Of a stretch of 64,000 nucleotides of DNA, positions 37,622-45,952 are shown one piece after another. Location: the NCBI GenBank assembly GCA_963675745.2, contig CAXXWX010000023.1, forward strand, positions 128,001 to 192,000, given 5' to 3'. The notes beneath the pieces were generated by a model, which worked only from the letters and a program-made list of their open reading frames with translations, was not told the DNA's origin and made no database searches. The stretch comes from Phycisphaerae bacterium. Lineage in GTDB: Bacteria > Planctomycetota > Phycisphaerae > UBA1845 > Fen-1342. Position numbers and translations under genes: made by a program. Numbering within the stretch: position 1 is the stretch's first letter; every line of letters begins with the position of its first letter.

Positions 37622-40216
37622 ATGCGCCTGCTCATCACCACGGTCGTCCTTATCTCACTACCGCTATCCGCCTGGGCCGCCAGCAACGACAACAACATCG
37701 AGTGGAGCGGCGTGTCCCACATCGGCTGGCAGGACCGCCGCCCCCTGTGCCCAATCGATGGAGAGGAGTTCGAAGTGCTCCTCAAGGTTTACCAGTTTGA
37801 CATCACCGCGGCGCGCGTCTGGGTTAACGACGGCGGTGCCGTGGCTTATGACATGGCCTGGAGTCACGACAGCGGGCCATACGCTGTGTGGACAGGAACC
37901 GTGCCGGCAACGGCCTCGGGTGGCCTGCACTACTTCTTCGAGATCACCGACGGCACCGACACCGACTATTACAGCGTGAGTGGCATGTCCGATGGCACGC
38001 CCGGCGACGGCGGTTTCGAGATCGACTACGTGAATCTCGGCCACGCCCCGATCGGGCAGACGCCCACGTCCGACGGCGGCACGGTGTTCAAGGTCTGGGC
38101 GCCGGGAATCTCCACCGCCGAGCTCAAGGGTGGCTGGAACAGTTGGGGGACGGGCACGCCGATGACCAAGCTCGGTGATTACTTTGTCGGGCACGTGCCA
38201 ACCGCGTCTCCGGGCACGAAAGATGACCCGACCGCCAACTACAAATACGTCCTTGACGGCTCCATGTGGCGAACCGACCCGCGTGCGCGAGCGGTGCATC
38301 CCGGCGACAACTACAACAGCGTCAACACCGACCGCTTCAACTACACCTGGCAAACCGACAGCTACCAGCCGCCAGCGTTTGAAGACCTGATCGTCTACCA
38401 GTTGCACGTCGGGACTTTCGCCGGCCGCAACGATCCATACGGGACCACCTGGGATCCGTCGCGCTACTGGGACGTGATGGATCGCGTGGATCACCTCGCC
38501 GAGTTGGGCGTGACCGCGGTTCAGCTCTGCCCGATTACCGAGTTCGCCTGGGACTGGTCAGCCGGTTACAACCCCGCCTCGCAGTGGGCGATCGAGTCGG
38601 CCTACGGCCACCCGCATGAAGTCAAGATGATGGTCGATGCCCTGCACGACCGCGGCATCGCCGTGCTGCTGGACCTCGTCTGGAACCACCACGGCCCCGA
38701 CGACGACATTCTGTGGGATTTCGTCGGCAGCCAGTGTTACTACGACAGCACGCCCGTGCAGACCGGCTGGGGACCGCAACTCGACTTCGACCGGATCGAG
38801 GTTTTCGAGTACCTCATCCACAGCATGCTGTTCTACCTCGAGGAATACCGCGTCGACGGTTTCCGCTTTGACGGCACGGACTTCATCAATCCATATCAGA
38901 CCGCCGGCTGGTCGCTGATGCAGACCGCCAACGACTGGGTAGACAATCGTTACGTCGATCGGATCATGATCGCCGAGCAACTGCCGTCCGACGCTTACGT
39001 CACACGCCCCACCAGTCTCGGCGGCGCGGGCTTCGATAGCCAGTATCACATGCAGTGGCGCGACGCCGTCCGCAACGCGATCTTCGCGGCGGCTTCCGGC
39101 GACCCGTACATGGGCGCGATCGCGGCCGCCCTCGACGGCAGTGGGACATATCTCGAAGAGACGCAGGTCTACAACTACATCGAGCTGCACGACGAGGCCT
39201 GGCCCAGCAGCGGCGGGCAGCGCATGGTCAAGACGATCGACCCGAGCTGGCCGCACGACAGCGTGTATGCCAAGGGCCGCACCAAGCTCGGCCAGGGCCT
39301 GACGCTCACGGCGCCCGGTATCCCGGCGATCCTCCAGGGCACCGAGTGGCTCGAAGACACCGACTTCGGTGCCGGCGGCCCGGGCCACGACCCCGAGAAC
39401 CGCATCAACTGGGCGATGAAAACGGGCTACGCCGGCATCTTTGAGTACTACAAAGACCTGATCCACGTGCGCAGGACCAACGGGGCGCTGCGGGCCAACG
39501 CCGGCATCGATGTCTCGCACGTCAACGAAGGCTCCAACGTGATCGCCTTCCGCCGATGGGACGGCTCCGGCAACCTCATCGTCGTCATTGCCAACTTCAA
39601 CAACAGCGACTTCCCCATCTACCAGCTCGGCGTGCCCAACGGTGGGACGTGGTATGAGCTGATTAACAGCCAGGCCAGCGGCTATGAGGGCTCGGGCCTG
39701 ACCAACTGCGGCGGCATCGCCGCCAGCGACGATGACTACGAGGGCTTCCCGTATTCACTGTACCTGAAGGTCCCGGGCATGAGCCTGATTGTGCTGCGTC
39801 ACGATGACCCGCCCAATGACTTCCTCGACGCCGACTTCGACCTCTACAACGATGTCTGTGACAACTGCCCCAACACGTGGAACCCCGACCAGGCCGATTA
39901 CAACTTCGACGGCGTGGGCGATGCGTGTGACTGCAACGACAACGGCGTCCGCGATGACGAGGATATCTCCGGCGGGACGAGCCAGGACTCGAACGAGAAC
40001 GGTATCCCGGATGAGTGCGAAGGCATCTACCAGCCGGGCGACCTGAACTGCGACGGGCTGATCAACAACGGCGATATCGACGCATTCGTTTTGGCGCTGA
40101 CCGATCCAGACACGTATGCCACGGTCTACCCGGACTGCGATCGCATGCTCGCCGACTGCAATGGCGACGAAGTCGTCAACAACGGCGACATCGACGCGTT
40201 TATCGCCAAGCTGTAG
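37622..40216 (+). CDS. Secreted GH13 alpha-amylase-family enzyme (N-terminal CBM34-like, CBM48, TreZ/branching-enzyme-like catalytic domain), TSP3-like repeats and dockerin-like tail
   Basis: Signal peptide, NDNNIEW, FKVWAP, YQLHVGTF, DLVWNH; catalytic DGFRFD, IAE and LHDE; twin NNGDID. Confidence 0.9.
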   Translation: MRLLITTVVLISLPLSAWAASNDNNIEWSGVSHIGWQDRRPLCPIDGEEFEVLLKVYQFDITAARVWVNDGGAVAYDMAWSHDSGPYAVWTGTVPATASGGLHYFFEITDGTDTDYYSVSGMSDGTPGDGGFEIDYVNLGHAPIGQTPTSDGGTVFKVWAPGISTAELKGGWNSWGTGTPMTKLGDYFVGHVPTASPGTKDDPTANYKYVLDGSMWRTDPRARAVHPGDNYNSVNTDRFNYTWQTDSYQPPAFEDLIVYQLHVGTFAGRNDPYGTTWDPSRYWDVMDRVDHLAELGVTAVQLCPITEFAWDWSAGYNPASQWAIESAYGHPHEVKMMVDALHDRGIAVLLDLVWNHHGPDDDILWDFVGSQCYYDSTPVQTGWGPQLDFDRIEVFEYLIHSMLFYLEEYRVDGFRFDGTDFINPYQTAGWSLMQTANDWVDNRYVDRIMIAEQLPSDAYVTRPTSLGGAGFDSQYHMQWRDAVRNAIFAAASGDPYMGAIAAALDGSGTYLEETQVYNYIELHDEAWPSSGGQRMVKTIDPSWPHDSVYAKGRTKLGQGLTLTAPGIPAILQGTEWLEDTDFGAGGPGHDPENRINWAMKTGYAGIFEYYKDLIHVRRTNGALRANAGIDVSHVNEGSNVIAFRRWDGSGNLIVVIANFNNSDFPIYQLGVPNGGTWYELINSQASGYEGSGLTNCGGIAASDDDYEGFPYSLYLKVPGMSLIVLRHDDPPNDFLDADFDLYNDVCDNCPNTWNPDQADYNFDGVGDACDCNDNGVRDDEDISGGTSQDSNENGIPDECEGIYQPGDLNCDGLINNGDIDAFVLALTDPDTYATVYPDCDRMLADCNGDEVVNNGDIDAFIAKL

Positions 40217-40295
40217 CGCAAGCGAAGTCCTGGTGTGCTGGAGGATGTGCGGGGGGCGACTGTCGCTGCGCCCGCGCGCTCTGCCTGATGCTCGC

Positions 40296-42653
40296 TCAGT
40301 GTCCCGCGCGCGCGCCTTCTTCCGTCACTCCCTCGCTGCGCCGCGAGGAAGTGGTGGCCATGCGCAGTTCCACGAGCGAGAGCAACATGGCCAGGGTGGA
40401 CTCGGCACCCTGATTCTGGTTGGCGCGCTGCGGGTGCAGGCCGTCGCAGCAACCGCCGGTGGCCACGTCGTATAGTGGCAGGCCGACGTCGTTGCGCCCC
40501 AGGAACCACTCAAATGCGCACTGCGCCTCGGCCATCCAGCGCTTGTCCTTGGTGATCTGATGGGCCTCGAGGCACGCCGATACCATGGCCTGGGCCTCAA
40601 TCGGCTGCTGGTCGAAGCGCGCCCGATCGCCGCCGCGCCGGAAGAAACCGTTGTTGCCGATGGGTACGAAATGCCCCCCGTCGGGGCGTTGCACGCGCGC
40701 CAGCCAGTCGAGGGCACGCAGTCCGGCCTCGGTCATCTCACCGCGCATCATCCAGCGCCCACAGAGCAACAGCGCATGCGGCAGCTTGGCATTTGCGTAG
40801 GTCAGCTCATCTTCGAACCAGGGCCAATCCGGCGTGCTGTTGTGCAGGTATAGCGCGAAGAGCCGGTCGGCCAGCTTCTCGCGCGCATTCTCCGCCGCGC
40901 TGTCACCATACAAACGCCGCATGTACTCGTGAATTGCAATCAGGGCGTAGGCCCAGGTGCGGGGATGATCCGAGTCCATTGCTGCCGGCAGAGCCAGGTT
41001 GAACAAGCGGCCCGCGATGCCGCGCGCCCGCGCGTCGCTGGAACGCCCCGCGATCGTACCGACGGCCCAAAGCGAGCGCCCGTGACTGTCGTCAGACCCG
41101 AGCGTCTCGAGCCAACGGCGATCGTAGCCCATGAAATTGCGGAAGCGTCCGGTCTGCTTGTTGAAGGCGTGCCACAGAAACGCCAGATAGGTCTCCGAGA
41201 GGCGCCGCGCCTCGGCGGCGATGCCGTTGTCGTCCAGCTCCTGGAGGAGGATTGTCAGAATCAGCGCGCGGGCATTGTCATCGGCGCAATAGCCCTCGTC
41301 GTAATTCGGGAGGTAGCCGACGGCGTGCTGGAACAACCCGGTTCCGTCGGTGAGCCGCTGGAGGTGGTCTATTTTGACGGCCGGCAACTTGGCGGGGCGC
41401 CGCGATGTCTCCCGCACCTCGTATGCCTTGCGCGGCTGCTTGTTGCGCTCCTCGCGCGCCCGAATAAACGAACGCATGTAACGCCGCGCGACCGCCGGCC
41501 AGATCATCTCGCGCCCGTGCATGTAGGCGCGCTTGCGGATGGCGTGCCGCTCCGCCTCATTCTCCAGCAGATCGATCATCTCGCGCGCGATGGCATCGGC
41601 GTCAGAGAACGGCACCAGACGGCCGCGGCCCTCCGCCAGCAACTCCTGGGCGTGCCAATAGGGTGTCGAGATGACGGCCTTTCCCGCGCCGGCGGCGTAT
41701 GCCAGTGTTCCCGATGTGATCTGAGCTTCGTTCAGATAGGGCGTGATATACAGGTCGGCGGCCCCGATATACTCAATCAGCCGTTCGAGCGATACAAACC
41801 GATTGTGGAAGATGACGTTATCGCCGACGCCCAGGCGGTCGGCCAGCTTGACCAGCGAATCGCGATACTTCTCACCTTCTCGTTGCAGCAGATGCGGGTG
41901 GGTCGCGCCCAGGACAATATAGGTCACGTCGGGATACTTGGCGCAGACCTTGGGCAGCGCCTTGATGGCATACTCGATTCCCTTGTTGGGTGATAGCAGG
42001 CCGAAGGTGAGCGCCACGCGCCGGCCCTCAACGCCAAACTGGTCCTTGAAAAAGCTGGGATCGACGAAGGCCACCTCTGGGATTCCGTGGTGGATCATGT
42101 CGATCTTGTTTTCCGGCACGTCGTAGACTTCGCGCAGCAGCTCGACGCCGTGCTGGCTCATGGTGATCAGCCGGTCGCTGAGTTGCGCCAACTCATCCAT
42201 GACCTCGCGGTATTCCGGTTTCGGTTCGCGCAGGATGGTGTGCAGCGTGGTCACCACCGGCATGTGCAGTTCGCGCAGCAGCGTCAGGATGTAGCGTCCC
42301 GCGGCACCGCCGAAGATGCCGTATTCATGCTGCAAGCAGACAACATCGATGTTGTTGAGATCGATGAAGTCCGCGGCCCGTTGATAGGATGCCAGCTCAT
42401 TCTGGGCGATCTCGAAGCGGACGCGCGCGGGATAGGCGTAACCGCTCTCCGTATCGTTGACCGCCAGCGCGAGACATTTCAGGTCGTCGTATTCGCCGAT
42501 GAGTGATTCACACACGTCGGTGGTGAACGTCGCGATGCCGCATTGGCGCGGCACGTAGTTCCCGATCACCGCCAGCCGGGCCACGCGCGAGACCTTGCGC
42601 TGACCATCGTCGTCCGTGTCTTTTCCTGGAATCCACATCGGGCTGGTAGTCAT
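40296..42653 (-). CDS. GT4 glycosyltransferase fused to a C-terminal helical (glycosidase-like) domain
   Basis: PRQCGIATFT, QHEYGIFGG, FGLLSPNKG and SGTLAYA; C-domain GYCADDNARAL and FDQQPIEA. ATG 42653 has a GGAG RBS. Confidence 0.88.
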   Translation of the reverse strand: MTTSPMWIPGKDTDDDGQRKVSRVARLAVIGNYVPRQCGIATFTTDVCESLIGEYDDLKCLALAVNDTESGYAYPARVRFEIAQNELASYQRAADFIDLNNIDVVCLQHEYGIFGGAAGRYILTLLRELHMPVVTTLHTILREPKPEYREVMDELAQLSDRLITMSQHGVELLREVYDVPENKIDMIHHGIPEVAFVDPSFFKDQFGVEGRRVALTFGLLSPNKGIEYAIKALPKVCAKYPDVTYIVLGATHPHLLQREGEKYRDSLVKLADRLGVGDNVIFHNRFVSLERLIEYIGAADLYITPYLNEAQITSGTLAYAAGAGKAVISTPYWHAQELLAEGRGRLVPFSDADAIAREMIDLLENEAERHAIRKRAYMHGREMIWPAVARRYMRSFIRAREERNKQPRKAYEVRETSRRPAKLPAVKIDHLQRLTDGTGLFQHAVGYLPNYDEGYCADDNARALILTILLQELDDNGIAAEARRLSETYLAFLWHAFNKQTGRFRNFMGYDRRWLETLGSDDSHGRSLWAVGTIAGRSSDARARGIAGRLFNLALPAAMDSDHPRTWAYALIAIHEYMRRLYGDSAAENAREKLADRLFALYLHNSTPDWPWFEDELTYANAKLPHALLLCGRWMMRGEMTEAGLRALDWLARVQRPDGGHFVPIGNNGFFRRGGDRARFDQQPIEAQAMVSACLEAHQITKDKRWMAEAQCAFEWFLGRNDVGLPLYDVATGGCCDGLHPQRANQNQGAESTLAMLLSLVELRMATTSSRRSEGVTEEGARAGH

Positions 42654-42830
42654 ATGACAACTCCGTCTGTCTGCGCCGAGACCGCGCCAGACATGGCCGC
42701 ACGCCGCTGTAGCGTGAAAGCATGCGTCGAGAATGGCCGCGGGATCGGCCTCCCCCAGTTCGAGAGCACCCCGCTCCCTGCGCACTTATTTTATCGGCAA
42801 ATCGGCTCTATGTCCTTCGTGCCGATGCTG

Positions 42831-44321
42831 CTATGGTTGAACCGTGAGCGTTTCCACCGCCCCGTCAGGGCCTGCCAGGCGGAATTCGATGGGTTTCCCT
42901 GACTTCGCACCACGCAGGGCACGCTCCAACTCGCCGACATTCTTCACCGGCTTGCCGTTGCAGCCCACGATCACATCTTCGCGGCTGAACCCGACGACGG
43001 CGTTTTCGCTGCTCGCATCGATGCTGTACACCAGCACGCCGCGCGTACCCTCATCCAGCCCCAGCAGTTCCGCCTGGTTGGGGCGCAGCGTGCGCACGCG
43101 CAGGCCGATGGCGTCGATGTGACGCGTCGAGTCGGTCGCAATGTCGCTGGTGTTCCTGGGCTGCTTGGCCAGCACAACTTTCGCTGTGCGCGGGCGGCCA
43201 TCGCGGACGAAGTCCAGTTTGACGGACTTGCCGGGCGCGATGTCGGCGATCATGCCGCGCAGGTGTTCCATATTCCGGATCTTGTTGCCGTCGATTTGCG
43301 TGATGACGTCTTCAATGGCCAGGCCGGCATCGTCGGCCGGCGTACCCGGGATGACCGCCTCGACCAGCACACCGCCGGGCTCCTTGAGACCGAACACGTC
43401 GGCCTCGGCGGCATCGAGGTTGGTCATGCTCACACCCAGCCAGCCGCGCGTGACCTCGCCGGTGTCCATCAGTTGCGTGGCGACTTTTTGCGCCATTTTC
43501 GACGGAATAGTGAACGCGATGCCGGCATTACCCTCGCCGTGCGTCGCGATCGCCGTGTTGATGCCGATGATCTGGCCGCGCAGGTTCAGCAACGGCCCGC
43601 CGGAATTGCCTGGGTTGACGGCGGCGTCGGTTTGCAGGAAGTCCTGGTACACCTCGCGTCCGATGCCCTGGATTCTGGAACGCCCCTTGGCACTGATGAT
43701 CCCGTGGGTCACAGTCTGGCTCAGGCCAAACGGCGCGCCGACCGCGAGCACCCAGTCGCCGACCTCCATGGCGTCGGAATCGCCGAACTCGAGCTGGTGC
43801 AAGTCGGGAGCGTCGATCTTGATCACCGCCAGGTCGCTCTTGGGGTCGGCACCGACGAGCGTGGCGGGGTAGACCCGCTCATCGCTCAGTTTCACCTCGA
43901 TATTCTCGCGTCCGCCGACCACGTGATTGTTGGTCAGGATGTAGCCGCGCGCGTCGATGATGACGCCGCTGCCCGATCCGGGGGCCGGACGACCGAGGAA
44001 CTGGCGTAGCTGGCTTTCCGGCGCCTTGGGGAACATGCGGCGGAGGCGCTGGAGCTCTTCGGCGGTTTCCTCGTCATCCTGCGTGCCGCCCGAGACGTTT
44101 ATGTGTACGACCGCCGGCCGGGAGACGTTGGCGACCAGACGAAATGCGTTGGAGACCTCTTCAACGCGGGCCAACTCGAGCGCGCCGGCCCGGATACGCC
44201 CGCGTTCGGCGGCAAATGCCCAGTGGGTCACCAGCCGGTCGCCGGCCCCGCTGGCAATGACGGCCAACATGGCCAGAATGGCCATTAACCAGACTATCCG
44301 ATTGGAATTGTTCTGATTCAC
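42831..44321 (-). CDS. HtrA/DegP-family serine protease with two PDZ domains
   Basis: GSGVII, LTNNHVV, DLAVIK, QTDAAVNPGNSGGPL. GTG 44321 has a GGGAG RBS. Confidence 0.95.
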   Translation of the reverse strand: MNQNNSNRIVWLMAILAMLAVIASGAGDRLVTHWAFAAERGRIRAGALELARVEEVSNAFRLVANVSRPAVVHINVSGGTQDDEETAEELQRLRRMFPKAPESQLRQFLGRPAPGSGSGVIIDARGYILTNNHVVGGRENIEVKLSDERVYPATLVGADPKSDLAVIKIDAPDLHQLEFGDSDAMEVGDWVLAVGAPFGLSQTVTHGIISAKGRSRIQGIGREVYQDFLQTDAAVNPGNSGGPLLNLRGQIIGINTAIATHGEGNAGIAFTIPSKMAQKVATQLMDTGEVTRGWLGVSMTNLDAAEADVFGLKEPGGVLVEAVIPGTPADDAGLAIEDVITQIDGNKIRNMEHLRGMIADIAPGKSVKLDFVRDGRPRTAKVVLAKQPRNTSDIATDSTRHIDAIGLRVRTLRPNQAELLGLDEGTRGVLVYSIDASSENAVVGFSREDVIVGCNGKPVKNVGELERALRGAKSGKPIEFRLAGPDGAVETLTVQP

Positions 44322-44512
44322 GGAAGTAACTCCCAGGTTCGTCGGGACCGCACGTGCGCATGCGCACCAGGTACCGATAACCATACCACCTGTTCACCCA
44401 CGGCGGAAACCCGCGGGCGCTGCGCCGGTGGGTGTACAAACGTGCCCGCAAGCACCACAATGGAGGTTCTCGACAAACTCACGTAGGGACACCTGACAGC
44501 GCGGAGGTAACA

Positions 44513-45859
44513 ATGGCTGACGTCAACGTTCAAACAGGCATCACGGCCGCCGAGGCCCTTGAGATTCTACGCTCGCGAATCCTCGTTGATGGTTTTCATA
44601 TCGTGCTCGATCTTGACGCGAGCCATGACTGTTACCTGTATGACGCGCTCTCGCAGTCTGAATTCCTCGACTTCTACGGGTTCTTCGCATCCCAGCCCAT
44701 AGGGTACAACCACCCGAAAATGCGCGAACCTGGATTTCAGGCGCGCCTGTTGTCCGCGGCGACCACCAAAGTCGCCAACGCGGATGTATACACTGAGGCA
44801 TACGCGACATTTGTAAAGACGTTTGACGAAGTGGCCGGGATTGACAACTTCAAACATTTCTTCTTTGTCGATGGCGGAGCGCTCGCCGTCGAGAACGCGC
44901 TCAAAACCGCTTTTGATTGGAAAGTCCGCAAGAACATGGCGGCGGGAAACGGCGAAAAGGGCCACCAGGTCATCCATTTCCGGCGCTGCTTCCATGGCCG
45001 CAGCGGCTACACCATGAGCATGACCGACACCGCCGACCCGCGCAAGACCATGTACTTCCCCAAGTTCGACTGGCCGCGGATCGTCAATCCCGGCGTCAAC
45101 TTCGACCTGGAAGAGCCGCAGCGCTCGGAAGACGTCGCCGCCCGCGAGCAGGAAGCGCTCAAACAAATCAAACAGGCCATCGCCGAGCGGCAGCCTGATA
45201 TTGCCGCCATCATTGTCGAGGTGATTCAGGGCGAAGGCGGCGATGTCCATTTCCGCGGCGAGTTCCTCAAAGCGCTACGGCAGATTGCGGACGACAGCGA
45301 ACTGCTGCTGATCTTCGATGAAGTGCAGACCGGTCTCGGCATCACCGGCAAGATGTGGGCCCATCAGCATTTCGGCGCGCAGCCTGACATCCTGGTGTTC
45401 GGCAAGAAAACGCAGATCTGCGGCATCATGACGACACCCCGCATCGACGACGTTGACAACGTCTTCAAAGTCCCTTCGCGGATCAACTCGACCTGGGGCG
45501 GTAACCTGGCCGACATGGTGCGCTCGACTCAATATCTGAAGATCATTCGCGATGACAAGTTAGTCGAGAACGCGGCAACTCAGGGCACGCGGCTGCTGAA
45601 GGGGTTGGAAGAGCTTGGCAAGCGCCATGCGCACGTGAGCGGCATTCGTGGGCGCGGCTTGATGTGTGCATTTGACCTGCCCAGCACCGAGGTGCGTAAT
45701 AAGACGCTCACGGCGCTGCTCGATCGCAAGATGATGGGCCTGCCCTGCGGCGAGAAATCGCTGCGCTTCCGCCCGGTGCTGGACGTGCGGCCCGAGCACA
45801 TAGACAAGGGCCTGGTGATTCTGAACGAGGCGCTCAAGTCGACAGCGCCGCAGCTATAA
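44513..45859 (+). CDS. lat: L-lysine 6-transaminase (class III PLP aminotransferase)
   Basis: GGALAVENALKTAFDWK, FHGRSGY, FPKFDWPRI, DEVQTG, FGKK, INSTWGG. GGAGG RBS. Confidence 0.9.
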   Translation: MADVNVQTGITAAEALEILRSRILVDGFHIVLDLDASHDCYLYDALSQSEFLDFYGFFASQPIGYNHPKMREPGFQARLLSAATTKVANADVYTEAYATFVKTFDEVAGIDNFKHFFFVDGGALAVENALKTAFDWKVRKNMAAGNGEKGHQVIHFRRCFHGRSGYTMSMTDTADPRKTMYFPKFDWPRIVNPGVNFDLEEPQRSEDVAAREQEALKQIKQAIAERQPDIAAIIVEVIQGEGGDVHFRGEFLKALRQIADDSELLLIFDEVQTGLGITGKMWAHQHFGAQPDILVFGKKTQICGIMTTPRIDDVDNVFKVPSRINSTWGGNLADMVRSTQYLKIIRDDKLVENAATQGTRLLKGLEELGKRHAHVSGIRGRGLMCAFDLPSTEVRNKTLTALLDRKMMGLPCGEKSLRFRPVLDVRPEHIDKGLVILNEALKSTAPQL

Positions 45860-45892
45860 CACGGAAGAGCAGGGCCTCCGCGCTGCAACGTC

Positions 45893-45931
45893 AGACGCCC
45901 CATTCCGCCATCATCGCGGGATGGGGCGTCT
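45893..45931. terminator. Long hairpin between convergent genes
   Basis: AGACGCCCCATTCCGC-7 nt-GCGGGATGGGGCGTCT. Confidence 0.6.
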
Positions 45932-45952
45932 AATTGCGCTCGCGCCGGCGCA

